Assembly: GCA_918797485.1 (NCBI GenBank)
Contig: CAKKNE010000003.1
Location: 2,976,001-3,040,000 of the forward strand
DNA length: 64,000 bases
DNA from: Pelagomonas calceolata
Lineage: Eukaryota
Direction: 5' to 3'
How positions within the stretch are numbered: position 1 is the stretch's first letter; each line of letters begins with the position of its first letter. Under the pieces are notes generated by a model. That model had not been told where the DNA came from. It made no database searches and saw nothing but the letters and a program-made list of their open reading frames with translations. A program made the translations under genes and the position numbers. Below, piece after piece: positions 10,747 through 20,299 of this stretch.

Positions 10747-12474
10747 TCAGAAGTCCTCGTCGTCCGCAAAAAACAGCGCCTCGGCGACGTCCTGCCCCGT
10801 GCACAGCCGCGTGCCGCCGAGGACGACGCGGTCCCGCGCGCCGAGCTCCTCCAAAACCGCGTTCGCGTCGCGGACTTCCGAAAAAGTGAGGCCGCCGAGC
10901 ACGATCATAATGATGAGCGCGCCGCCGTCGCCCGCGCGCCGCCGCGGAGCTCTATCGGCGACCGCAGCCTTAACTTTGCCGAAGACGCCGCCCAGCCCGA
11001 CCGTCTCGCTCAGCGACCCCAGCGCGGCCGACGCCGCGGCGCCGAGGCCGGGCCGCGTCAGGCCATCATCATTTCCGCGCAGCACGGCGTCGACGACGCG
11101 GCCCACGAGCCCGGGGGGCCCGCACACTCTCGTAGAGAGCACGCCCACGAGGCCCAGCACGAAGAGCGCCGCGTCGCGATCATCATTGTCGGCGCACGAT
11201 TGGACGGCGCGCGCGACGCGTTGCGCGGCGGCGTCCGCGCCGTCCCTAGTAAGAGCGAGGCACCGTACCAACGCGCAGGCCGCGTCGGACGCCGTCAGCG
11301 ATGTCGTTTTCCTTTCATAAGTTTCGGCGACGACGTCGGCGCACTCCAGCAGCCCCGCGTTCGCGTGCGCGACCAAATTGGCGAGGAGCTTATCTAAAGC
11401 AAGCACGTCCTCGAGCGACGTGCGCCGCTTCGCCGTGCGCTGCGTGGCCTCGACGACGGCGACGCCGAGCGGCGCGATGTCACTGATGGCGCGCAGCAGC
11501 TTGTCGGGCACGTCGAAGGCGCTCGACGCTGGTTGTGGCGCCCCCTTCAAAAGCGCCTCGAGGTGCGCCGCGAGCGCCGCGCCGCGGCCCCGCTTTTTTT
11601 GTGGTGGTGGCGCGATACCATACAATTGTAATCGCTCGGCGACGGCCTCATTCAATAAATCCAAGGCGTCGTCGTGCGAGGCCGCGGCGACGACGCGTCG
11701 CAATAACGCGCGGTCGCACGCGTTCATCACCCAGGGCGCGTCGTACGCCTTCGTGAGGTCCGCGGCCGCACTTAGTAAAGGCCCCTCTCCAGAAAAGTGC
11801 GCCATGATTCTCTCGAGCGCGCCGTCGGGCGGCGCGCCGACGACGCTCAAATCCGCCGTGCGGTCCAGGAGCACCAACGCCGCGCGGCGCCCGCCCCCCT
11901 GTTGGAGCTGGGCGTCGACGGCCGCGCCGACGGCGCCCGCCGTGTCCCCCAGCGCCCAGACGTTGCCCGCCGCGTCTATTCGCAAGTCCGCGCAGAGCGC
12001 CGCGAGCTCGGTCGCCAGGTCCTTGAGGCCCTTTCTCCGCCGCTCCGGCAGGTCGCCCGCGCGCCAGTCGGCCGGCGCCTCCCAGGGCCGCACGGGGAAG
12101 GCGTCCGACGCGAGCGAGACCAGGCAGGGCAGCGTCGCGTCGTCGCCGTGGAACGGGGCGGCGAACGCCGGCGCCGCCGCCACGACGCACGCCCCGTATT
12201 GTTGGCGCGCCTTTTCGACGTCGTTCGTCACGACCACACGCAAGACGTCATCCGTGTCAGGCACGTCGGCGCCGAGCGCATATATATGTGCCGCGCCTAC
12301 TTGCCGACACCACGCGGCGCCGCCCGCCCATCCCACGGCTTCGGCGGCCCTGTCGTCGAGGACGAGGTGGATCTTCTTGTCCGGCTGCCGCTGGCGCTCT
12401 TCGCGCATGAGTCGCGCCAGGGCGCCGACGGAGAGCGCGCCGGCGTCCATTTGGGGCTGTAGGCCGTCGAGCAT
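10747..12474 (-). CDS. Divergent Sec1/Munc18-family protein (SCFD2-like)
   Basis: LVLLDRTADLS and IVLGGLTFSEVR...VVLGGTRL motifs. Confidence 0.7.
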   Translation of the reverse strand: MLDGLQPQMDAGALSVGALARLMREERQRQPDKKIHLVLDDRAAEAVGWAGGAAWCRQVGAAHIYALGADVPDTDDVLRVVVTNDVEKARQQYGACVVAAAPAFAAPFHGDDATLPCLVSLASDAFPVRPWEAPADWRAGDLPERRRKGLKDLATELAALCADLRIDAAGNVWALGDTAGAVGAAVDAQLQQGGGRRAALVLLDRTADLSVVGAPPDGALERIMAHFSGEGPLLSAAADLTKAYDAPWVMNACDRALLRRVVAAASHDDALDLLNEAVAERLQLYGIAPPPQKKRGRGAALAAHLEALLKGAPQPASSAFDVPDKLLRAISDIAPLGVAVVEATQRTAKRRTSLEDVLALDKLLANLVAHANAGLLECADVVAETYERKTTSLTASDAACALVRCLALTRDGADAAAQRVARAVQSCADNDDRDAALFVLGLVGVLSTRVCGPPGLVGRVVDAVLRGNDDGLTRPGLGAAASAALGSLSETVGLGGVFGKVKAAVADRAPRRRAGDGGALIIMIVLGGLTFSEVRDANAVLEELGARDRVVLGGTRLCTGQDVAEALFFADDEDF

Positions 12475-12806
12475 TGCAGCACAGGTGCTTTTACACGGCT
12501 GAAGCTGTCGAAATGAGTTATGCTAAGCCTAGAGACCTGCCGCTTTTTTAACACTGCGCTAGCGGCTGTAAGGCACTAGCCAGAGCCAGCTTTTTGGCTC
12601 GCTCTGCCGCTTGCCTGCGAAAGGCTTACGCACCTCAGGCAGCAAATATAGCCGTCGGTGCGCGTTATAGTCTCGCAGTCATTATCTGTTCTTGCGCAAC
12701 AAGCGACGCCAGGAGACACCAGGGTAAGCAAAAGGCGTAAGTTGCTGCCAGGGGAACCGCGCGAGGCGACGCCAGGAAGTACCCCAGGACAGAGCTGCGC
12801 GAAGCG

Positions 12807-13424
12807 ATGTCGCTCGTCCCCGACGACGAGCTCGCGAAATTAGTGAGGGAGGAGCCCGCCGGCGCGCGCGACCGCAAGGAGGAGGCGCCGGGCGTCGACC
12901 ACCCCGCCCCCAAGACCGCGCCCGACGAGAACGAGCTCAGGCTCAGGGAGGCCGCCGCGCTGCGGAGCCAGGTCGCCAACTACGAGGCCGCGCTGCGCGC
13001 GATCGACGCCGAGGCCGCGGCGCTCGAGGCCGGCACGCACCCGGAATTTGTAGCAAGGGCCGCGCCGATTACCGCCGCGCGCGACGCGCGCATCGCGCGG
13101 AGCCAGCGCGCGCACCGGGCCCAGCTCGCCGCTTTAGACAAGCTGCGCGACGCCGAGGTCCAGGCGTCCGAGGACGAGGTGAAGCGGCGCGTCGCGTCGC
13201 TCGAGGCCAAGCTCGCCGAGCGCAAGGCGGCGGCCAAGGGCGAGGCGCCGCCCGAGGCCGGCGCCTCGCGGTCGCTGCGGTCCCAGAACGACGGCCGCCG
13301 GTCGCCCGCGCGGCGCCACGGGCCCGCGTCGTCGCTCATCGCCGGCGAGCTCACGGACGACCAGGCGTCCGACGACCTCGTGGCCATCGCGACGGCGTTC
13401 GGCGGGGCGACGGCGTCGGCCTAG
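12807..13424 (+). CDS. Sds3/BRMS1-like coiled-coil protein
   Basis: LEAGTHPEF motif within a coiled coil; C-terminal DDL. Confidence 0.6.
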   Translation: MSLVPDDELAKLVREEPAGARDRKEEAPGVDHPAPKTAPDENELRLREAAALRSQVANYEAALRAIDAEAAALEAGTHPEFVARAAPITAARDARIARSQRAHRAQLAALDKLRDAEVQASEDEVKRRVASLEAKLAERKAAAKGEAPPEAGASRSLRSQNDGRRSPARRHGPASSLIAGELTDDQASDDLVAIATAFGGATASA

Positions 13425-13478
13425 AGTATAATAATTACTATTGACAGAGTAGTCGTGACCAGGAATACATCATCAGCA

Positions 13479-14324
13479 TCACGGGAGCGTCGAGCGCATC
13501 GCGTCGACCCCGGGCGAGGGCGGCCGCGTGGGCACCTCGCCCGCGGGCGGCGGCACGGCGGGGAGGCCCGCCGCGCGGCCACGACGTCGCGGAGGCGGGC
13601 CGGAGGAGTCGTCGGCGACGGCGACGATCGTCGCCGTGACGACGAGCGACAGCGCGGCCCCCGCCGGGTCGACGGCCGCCGAGCACTGGCACCGGAGCGC
13701 CGCCGCGTCCGTCAGCCGCAGGTCGACGGGCGGGAGCCACGCGGCCCGGCGCGCCGACGCGGCCCGGGCCGCGCCCGCGACGGCGCCGACCGCGCGCGCG
13801 TGGTCGCCGAAGACGACGCGCGCCCACCGCAGCGCCGCCAGGACCAGGGCGCGCGGCGTCTCGAGCTTGCCCGCGAGGCCCGCGGGACACCCGCGCGCGA
13901 CGCCCCGCGCCGCCGCCTCGTCGTAGGTCCACCTGTGTGGAAATCAAACTTGGCGCCATAACTCTCTGTTTGATTTCCACACAGAGGTCAACCCGCCCCC
14001 GTCCGGCGCGACGGCGCCGCCGAAGTAGCACCGGCGCAGCTGCGCGTCGACATCGTCGCCCGCGGTGAGCGCGCCCCGCCAGGCGCACAGCCGCGGCAGG
14101 TGCGCGCGGGCCACGTGGGCCGCGTGCGCCTCCGCGAGGCCCGAATCATTTGACAACGGGCGCGGCTGGTTGAGCAAATCGCGGACGGGGCTCGGCGGCG
14201 CCGGCGGCGGGCGCCAGAAGTCGGTCGTGGCCGCGTCCGGCGGCTGGCCGAAGGCGTCGCGCGCGATGTAGTGTCTTACGCCGCTAGCTCCGGCACAGGA
14301 CGCTGACGGGCGAACGTTGCACAT
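13479..14324 (-). CDS. Hypothetical protein with introner intron 13933-13992; start uncertain
   Basis: Splicing gives PDGGG|WTYDEAAARG, open to TGA at 13479. Confidence 0.55.
13933..13984. mobile_element. Minimal introner element (52 bp), 17-bp perfect TIR, 8-bp TSD
   Basis: ctgtgtggaaatcaaac...gtttgatttccacacag; flanks aggtccac/aggtcaac. Confidence 0.92.
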
Positions 14325-14362
14325 TGTTCGGGGGGGGTTGCCGAGGCGGTTCTGCTTAGAAG

Positions 14363-14470
14363 GAGGTACGCTGTTATGAAAGAAGCGGCCCGCGCCCGCC
14401 GCCGATGAATCGGCGACGCGCGGTGTCTCCCCCCCAGGAGCTCCGCCCACTAGTCCTAGCACCGTAACAT
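14363..14470. repeat. Dispersed repeat family B, copy 1
   Basis: gaggtacgctgttatgaaa...cgcgcccgccgccgatgaatc...ctccgcccactagtcctagcaccgtaac recurs at about 30147-30237, partially at 26283-26352 and 29833-29853. Confidence 0.85.
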
Positions 14471-14527
14471 CGACACGGCACAGGACCCGAGAACGTAGCC
14501 TAACTTAGACGCGCGGATTGATGAAAG

Positions 14528-15573
14528 TCAAGGCGCGTGGCGGAAGGAGCCGTGGCACGGATCCGACTCTAAGGCGTCGGCGTCGTAGACGCAGCGCTCG
14601 CAGGCGGAGAGGTCCTTGCGGAAGAGGTAGGGTTTGGCCGAGACGCAGGCCACGCAGACGATCTTGTGGCAGAGGCGGCACTCGCGGTAGCACGCCACGC
14701 ACTTGGTTTTCCCGCACGCGTCGCAGGGCCGGGGCCGCAGGGCCCGGAAGGCGTGGGGGCGGATGGGCGAGGCCGGGTAGTCGCCGGCGTCGGCGGCCTT
14801 GCGGGTCTCGGCGGCGCAGTACTTGGCAAAGGCCGCGGGCGCCGCCGTGTCGCGCGCGCACGTGTCGCACTCCAACCTGTGTGGAAATCAAAATTTTACG
14901 GCGCGTTCGTGCTGAATCGTCGCGTCGTCCTCCACGCCATCGACGCGACGCCTGCTCGATGGCGTGGTGATGCCGGTTCTTCACCGCTCGACAGAGCCAG
15001 GACGGCCGCGTCATCGCCGAGAAATGACTTAGTAAAGAATTGTCGTGCACCCGTCGCACTGGTTGATTTCCACACAGACTCCAACGCGCCGCAGGCCTCG
15101 CAACCGTTATATTTCGAGGCGGCGCAGGCGTCGCAGAAGATGGGGCCGGTCGTCGGGCACGCCGGCTTCTCCGCGCGGCGCTTGAGCGGCGAGCCGGTGC
15201 ACGCGCGCGGGTCCCGTGCCTTGCTTTCGTCGGGCGCGGCCCAGGAGGGCCAGGTCGCGCGGCTGCACCAGCGCGTCGCCGCCCGGTCGCAGTTGACGCA
15301 TTTCCGGAAGCCGCCGAGCACCCCTAAGTCGGGCGCCGTGTCGAAGGACACCGCGTTGACGCCCCGCGACCGCGGCCGCCGCAGCGGCGACGCGTGCGTC
15401 GGGCTCACGGCCGCGGCGTAGGTCGGCGTGTCGCCCGCGGCCGTGAAGGGCAGCCATTCCCCGGATGCCTTGTCCGAGGCCCTTTGGGGTTGGGTCTCCC
15501 CGGCCGCCTCGAGGGCGAAGGTGAGGTCGATGGCCGAGGCCTCGCTGCCCCTGGGGCTGCCCGGGTCCGCCAT
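14528..15573 (-). CDS. Cys-rich (multiple CxxC) putative zinc-binding protein; intron 14877-15085
   Basis: Removing the introner joins CEACGA|LECDTCARD, fusing two ORFs of the track. Confidence 0.75.
14877..15077. mobile_element. Introner element (201 bp), 15-bp TIR, perfect 8-bp TSD ACTCCAAC
   Basis: ctgtgtggaaatcaa...ttgatttccacacag; internal palindrome ccacgccatcga-N12-tcgatggcgtgg. Confidence 0.95.
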
Positions 15574-15805
15574 GGTTAGATGATGGCGTGTCTTGAGGCG
15601 GCAAGCGGGCTGCCCAAAACGCCGTGAGTCCTTTGCTCCTTCTCTCTTCTTGGGAGAGCGTCGGATTTATGGCTAGTACGAGTGCCGCTAGCCTCGATCC
15701 GTTATTGAGGACATCGAAGAACACGCTGCGTACGACTGGGGAAAGTTGCTTGTAGAGACTCTGAATAGCGTACCACGGACAACCGCAACAAGCTGTCCCA
15801 AGGCC

Positions 15806-18613
15806 ATGTCTTCGACGCCGCCACGGACGCCCCAAAAGCGCAAAGCTCCAGAGGCCCCTTCCACGCCGCCGACCGTGTCAGCCAAGGGCCAGGGTGCGCC
15901 CGCCGCGGCGCCCATGACACCGCCGACGACGCTCGTGAGCCCGGCGGAGCCGCGGCCCAAAAAGCAGAACGTATCGAGAGAGGCGGTCCCGGTGTCTCAG
16001 GACGATGAGGAGGAGCGCGGCGCCGTCGCGGCGGCGGAGGAGACGACGCTCGCGCTGCGGCAGCTCGTGCCGGGGCGGAGCCGCGAGACGCTTCCGGGCC
16101 GGATAGTAGCCAAGTGCGGCAATTGTTATAAATGTGGGCAGCCGGGCCACTTCGCACGCGACTGCCTGCTGGAGTCCAGGGTTTTTCCTGCCAAATACCC
16201 TGGCGTGTGTCAAGGCTGCCGCGGTCCGATACGCGAGGAGGAGGATATCACGCGATGCCGCGGCGGCTATGCGCACGAGGCCTGCAAGATAAGCGTGGTT
16301 GTAGTGGAGGACCGAGAAGCGTTGCGGAGGCTCGAAGGCCCGGCGACGCCGGCGGACGAGGCGGAGGCAGTTCGCGAGTTCATGCGGAGCGGCAACGGCC
16401 ACGCGCTCGTCGAGGCGGGTGCGGGCTCGGGCAAGACGCGGCTGCTCGTCGACATCGCGTGTGAGTGCGAGGGCGGCGGCCGCCGGGCCCTCGTCCTCGC
16501 GTTCAACAAGGCCGCGCAACTCGAGCTCCGGAAACGCGGCGTGCGCGAGGCCAAGACGTTCCACGCGTTCGGCCTCGCCGCGTGGAAGGAGCATCTGGGC
16601 GGGAACGTGAATGTCTATCTGGGGAAGAAGTCCGTGCTGCTGCTGCACGCGCTCTACCCGCCGTCGCGGGCCGACGACGGTCCCAAGGCGAAGGTGTCGC
16701 TCACGTGCCTAGTGTTCCGCGGCTTCGTCGACAAGCTCGTGTCCGCCGCCAAAATTCGGTGCGTCGGCGTGGAGGGCTTCGCCAGCGACGCGGAGGGGCT
16801 CCGTGAAATCGCCGAGACGTGTCCTGCCTACGGCAAGAGCCTCGAGAAGCGGTGCTCGGGCCTCCCACGCCCTGTCAGAGACCGGCTGAAGGCGCGGTGG
16901 CCGACACGCACAGCCCTGTTGCAGCGGGGCGTCGAGCTCGCCGTCGAGGTCCTGGAGGCGAGCTGCGAGACGGCGCGGTCGGCCCACTGGAGGGGTAGGA
17001 CGCACCTCGTGTCCACCCGCGGCAGGCGGAAGAAGCTCCCCCTGCTCGACGGCGCCGACATGCTTTACATGGCGCTCGCCGACGGTATCCGATTGGATCC
17101 CGACGCCGAGGAGCCGATCTCGGTCCTCCTCGTCGACGAGGCGCAGGACTCGAACGCGGCGCGGCGCGAGATGTGCCTGCGCCTCCAGCGAGACAGCGGG
17201 TGCCGCGTCGTCGCCGTCGGCGACGACTGCCAGGCGATCTACGCGTTCCTCGGCGCGGACTCCGGCGCGCTCGCGCGCATCGGGGAGATTTTCGCAATGC
17301 GCCGCTTCCCGCTGTCGACGTGTTATCGCTGCCCGCGCAGCCACGTCAAGCTGGCGAACGAGGTCATCGACACTATAAACGACGAAGAGCAAGCGACTGC
17401 TGATAAAGAAGAGCGAGCGCCGGAGCTCCAGCATCATATCCGGCCGTGGCCGGGCGCGCCCGCGGGGGAGATCGTGCGCGACGCCGACTTCACGACGCAG
17501 CCGCTGCCGGGCGACGCCAATCTCGGTGCCGTGGTAACCCACGGCGCCGCGCGGTCCCGCGGCGGGAAGATTGGCATACTCTCGCGCACCAACGCCCCGC
17601 TGCTGGCGCTGCGCGACTGCCTCGCCATGAGACACGTCGCGGTCCGCTTCGAGGGCCTCGAGACGCTCGCGAAAAAGCTCAAGCACACGCTCGCGAAGAT
17701 CGGGGCGCGGACGTTCGACGAGCTGAAGGACTACCTCGCGGCGGAGTCGATGGCGGCGTCATTTCGCGACGACGGCGGCGAGAGCGACGGCGACGACGAT
17801 TTTGACCCGTACGCCGAGGAGGAGCCGAAGTCGTCGACGCGCTTAAAGGCGCGAGACATGCGCGCCTGCCTCGCGGTCGTCGTCGAGCGGCTCGAGTACG
17901 CTAGGAAGGGCGCGCCCGTCGACCTCGCGGACCTGGAGCGCCACATCGACGGGCTCTTCGCGAACGCTGAACACCTGCTGCCGCACGAGCAGGAGGAGCA
18001 GGTCGTGCTGAGCACCGTGCACCGCGCCAAGGGGCTCGAGTGGGACACGGTCTACGTGCTCCAGCCGGACGACCTGCCCTTTGGGCCCGTCATGGAATGG
18101 GGCTCGGAAAAAGACCGGCGCCAGGAGTACAACGTGCAGTACGTAGCCTACACGCGCGCCAAGGGGAAGCTCGTGTTCCTGCGCCATCTCCGTAAGAGCC
18201 GCGACGACCCCTGGAGCGACGTGATCGAAGGCCTGTTCGCTGCACCGCCACCGGAGGAGGAGGCGCGCCCGAGGCGCCCGGCCCCGGCGGCGGACCCGTA
18301 CGACCCCTGGCGCCGCCACTGCGAGTGGGCGAATGGCGCCGCCGACGCGCCGCCGCCGCCGCCGGAGCCCGCGCAGAATGATGCGCAGGATGATTTTTTT
18401 ACCTCTCTGGGCCTCGATGACATGCCCGCAACGCGGGCGGCGCTGGCGTCGGCGTATCGCCGACGCGTCCTGGTTGTTCACCCGGACAAGCAGATGCAGA
18501 AGCCGGCCGCCGAGCGGCTGTCCCCGGAAGAGGCAAAGCGGCTGTTCGTCGAGGCGACCTTCGCCTACGAGTTCCTCAAGGAAGCGTTCGACGACGACGA
18601 CGATTGTGAATAA
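15806..18613 (+). CDS. UvrD/Rep-like SF1 helicase with CCHC zinc knuckle and C-terminal J-domain
   Basis: CYKCGQPGHFARDC; AGAGSGKT; LVDEAQD; VGDDCQAIYAF; STVHRAKGLEW; YVAYTRAK; AYRRRVLVVHPDK. Confidence 0.9.
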   Translation: MSSTPPRTPQKRKAPEAPSTPPTVSAKGQGAPAAAPMTPPTTLVSPAEPRPKKQNVSREAVPVSQDDEEERGAVAAAEETTLALRQLVPGRSRETLPGRIVAKCGNCYKCGQPGHFARDCLLESRVFPAKYPGVCQGCRGPIREEEDITRCRGGYAHEACKISVVVVEDREALRRLEGPATPADEAEAVREFMRSGNGHALVEAGAGSGKTRLLVDIACECEGGGRRALVLAFNKAAQLELRKRGVREAKTFHAFGLAAWKEHLGGNVNVYLGKKSVLLLHALYPPSRADDGPKAKVSLTCLVFRGFVDKLVSAAKIRCVGVEGFASDAEGLREIAETCPAYGKSLEKRCSGLPRPVRDRLKARWPTRTALLQRGVELAVEVLEASCETARSAHWRGRTHLVSTRGRRKKLPLLDGADMLYMALADGIRLDPDAEEPISVLLVDEAQDSNAARREMCLRLQRDSGCRVVAVGDDCQAIYAFLGADSGALARIGEIFAMRRFPLSTCYRCPRSHVKLANEVIDTINDEEQATADKEERAPELQHHIRPWPGAPAGEIVRDADFTTQPLPGDANLGAVVTHGAARSRGGKIGILSRTNAPLLALRDCLAMRHVAVRFEGLETLAKKLKHTLAKIGARTFDELKDYLAAESMAASFRDDGGESDGDDDFDPYAEEEPKSSTRLKARDMRACLAVVVERLEYARKGAPVDLADLERHIDGLFANAEHLLPHEQEEQVVLSTVHRAKGLEWDTVYVLQPDDLPFGPVMEWGSEKDRRQEYNVQYVAYTRAKGKLVFLRHLRKSRDDPWSDVIEGLFAAPPPEEEARPRRPAPAADPYDPWRRHCEWANGAADAPPPPPEPAQNDAQDDFFTSLGLDDMPATRAALASAYRRRVLVVHPDKQMQKPAAERLSPEEAKRLFVEATFAYEFLKEAFDDDDDCE

Positions 18614-18639
18614 GACTGTAAGAACACACATGTACACAC

Positions 18640-20031
18640 CTAGTCCATAAACCCCTCCTCGTCCAGCAGCTCCGCCTCGGCCGCCCGCCGCGCCTCCTCC
18701 TCGGCGACGACCTGCCTAATGAACCTTTCGTCGTCCGAGTCGAAGTCCTCGTGCGGCCGCGGCACCATGAACGGGAACTCGTCGACCATGAGCTTCTCGC
18801 CCGGCTCGACCTCGCGGTAGTAGTCCGCGGGCCCGCCGTGGTGCGCCGAGTGGTGCAGCGGCAGCCAGCCGGCCTTGTCCCGCTGGTTCGCGGCCTGGGG
18901 CCAGGACTCCTTCACCGCCACGATCAGGCCGACGGGCGCGTCCGGGTGCATCGCGCAGACGTGGAGCGGCGTCCGGTCCCGCGTGTCCTTGGAGTGCGCC
19001 CCCTGCTCCCGGACGGCGTTGATCGCGTCGAGCCAGAAGCCGCACCGAATCAACGCGATGAGCGTCATGTTCTCGCGCGGGTGCGCCTCCTCCAAGGCCT
19101 TCATGACGCGCTCCGTGGCGCCGTGCCGCTTCGCGAGCGCCCACAATGGTGTTTCCCGGTGGTCGGCCCGCGCCACGGCGCGCGGGCAGGCCTCGACCAA
19201 GCTTTCGACGCAGGTCCAGAGCTGGTGGACGACCGCCAGCTCCACGGGCGTCCTCCCACTTTCGTCCACCGCGCCCGCGACGTCACTACTCTCCTGCGAG
19301 AGCAGCGCGTCCACCACAGCCCGGGCGCGCTTCGCCGGGTCCACGCCGGCGTGCGCGCCGACGGCGTGGCGCACGCTCGTCGACCGCGTCGCCTTGTACG
19401 GCACGCCGCCGCAACATGCCAAATGCAGCGGCGTCTGCGACGTGCGGTCGCGCGCCCGGATGGCCGCGGGCTGCAGCTTCATGAGCCCCTCGATGATCTC
19501 CGGCGGCGCGTGGGCCCGCGCCGCGAGATGCAACGCCGTGTGGCCCGCGACGGTCCGCCGCATGCCCTTGACCGCGCGCTTCGCGGCCAGAGGGTTCCTT
19601 AGCTTCTGCTCGATGGCCGGGAGTTGGGAAGTAGCCGTCGAATCATTAATAGTGTCCGGGTCGTCCACCGACTGCTGGCGGCTCCGCCGCGCCTTCCGCC
19701 GCCGCGCGACGCGCTTGTCGGCCTCGGTCTGCGCCATCTCGGCCGGGCTCTTGCCGCACAAGCGCGTCGCGAGGGTAACGCGGTACTCCGTGCGCATGTC
19801 GCTCAAATCGCGCTCCGTGTCCAAGGCATCATATATGCGTGTGATCGAGTCCCAGTCCTGCCGTAGAGCCGCGTCGAAGACGACGGCCTGGTCCTGCTCG
19901 CCGAGCACGAAGATGCCCTCGCGCCGCGGCGCCTGATCGTCGTGCGGGAGCGGGGACTTCTTCTTCGTGTCGCGCGACGCGCGCTCCATCTTGGAGCGCG
20001 TCGTGGCCAGGGGCGTGCTGGAGCGCGACAT
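18640..20031 (-). CDS. Ankyrin-repeat protein
   Basis: Repeated GHTALHLAA, QTPLHLAC, GRTPVELAV, RTPLHVCA, GWLPLHHSA. Confidence 0.85.
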   Translation of the reverse strand: MSRSSTPLATTRSKMERASRDTKKKSPLPHDDQAPRREGIFVLGEQDQAVVFDAALRQDWDSITRIYDALDTERDLSDMRTEYRVTLATRLCGKSPAEMAQTEADKRVARRRKARRSRQQSVDDPDTINDSTATSQLPAIEQKLRNPLAAKRAVKGMRRTVAGHTALHLAARAHAPPEIIEGLMKLQPAAIRARDRTSQTPLHLACCGGVPYKATRSTSVRHAVGAHAGVDPAKRARAVVDALLSQESSDVAGAVDESGRTPVELAVVHQLWTCVESLVEACPRAVARADHRETPLWALAKRHGATERVMKALEEAHPRENMTLIALIRCGFWLDAINAVREQGAHSKDTRDRTPLHVCAMHPDAPVGLIVAVKESWPQAANQRDKAGWLPLHHSAHHGGPADYYREVEPGEKLMVDEFPFMVPRPHEDFDSDDERFIRQVVAEEEARRAAEAELLDEEGFMD

Positions 20032-20299
20032 GGTTGTGCGGGGCAGCCTTGCCCGAAGCTGGTGACTTACGGAAGAACCTGCTCTCACTGCCTTTGGCGC
20101 CGGATATGCGGAGCACGGGCCCCAAAAAGCAGGGGCTCTCCGGTCGCGACGTCGCGGGCGCTGCGGGGGTTCGGGTTTTACACGCGCGCGACCCCTAGTC
20201 GCTCCCGCTCCCCCGGGACGCTGCGATGCGTGCGGGGTCTGTGAATGGCGACCGATTAAATACGACTACAACGGTCTCGAGTCTTAAAAAGAGGCACAT

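Noticed and set aside
20140..20220. Possible further copy of repeat A
   Set aside because: Only a short C-rich match, in the opposite relative orientation
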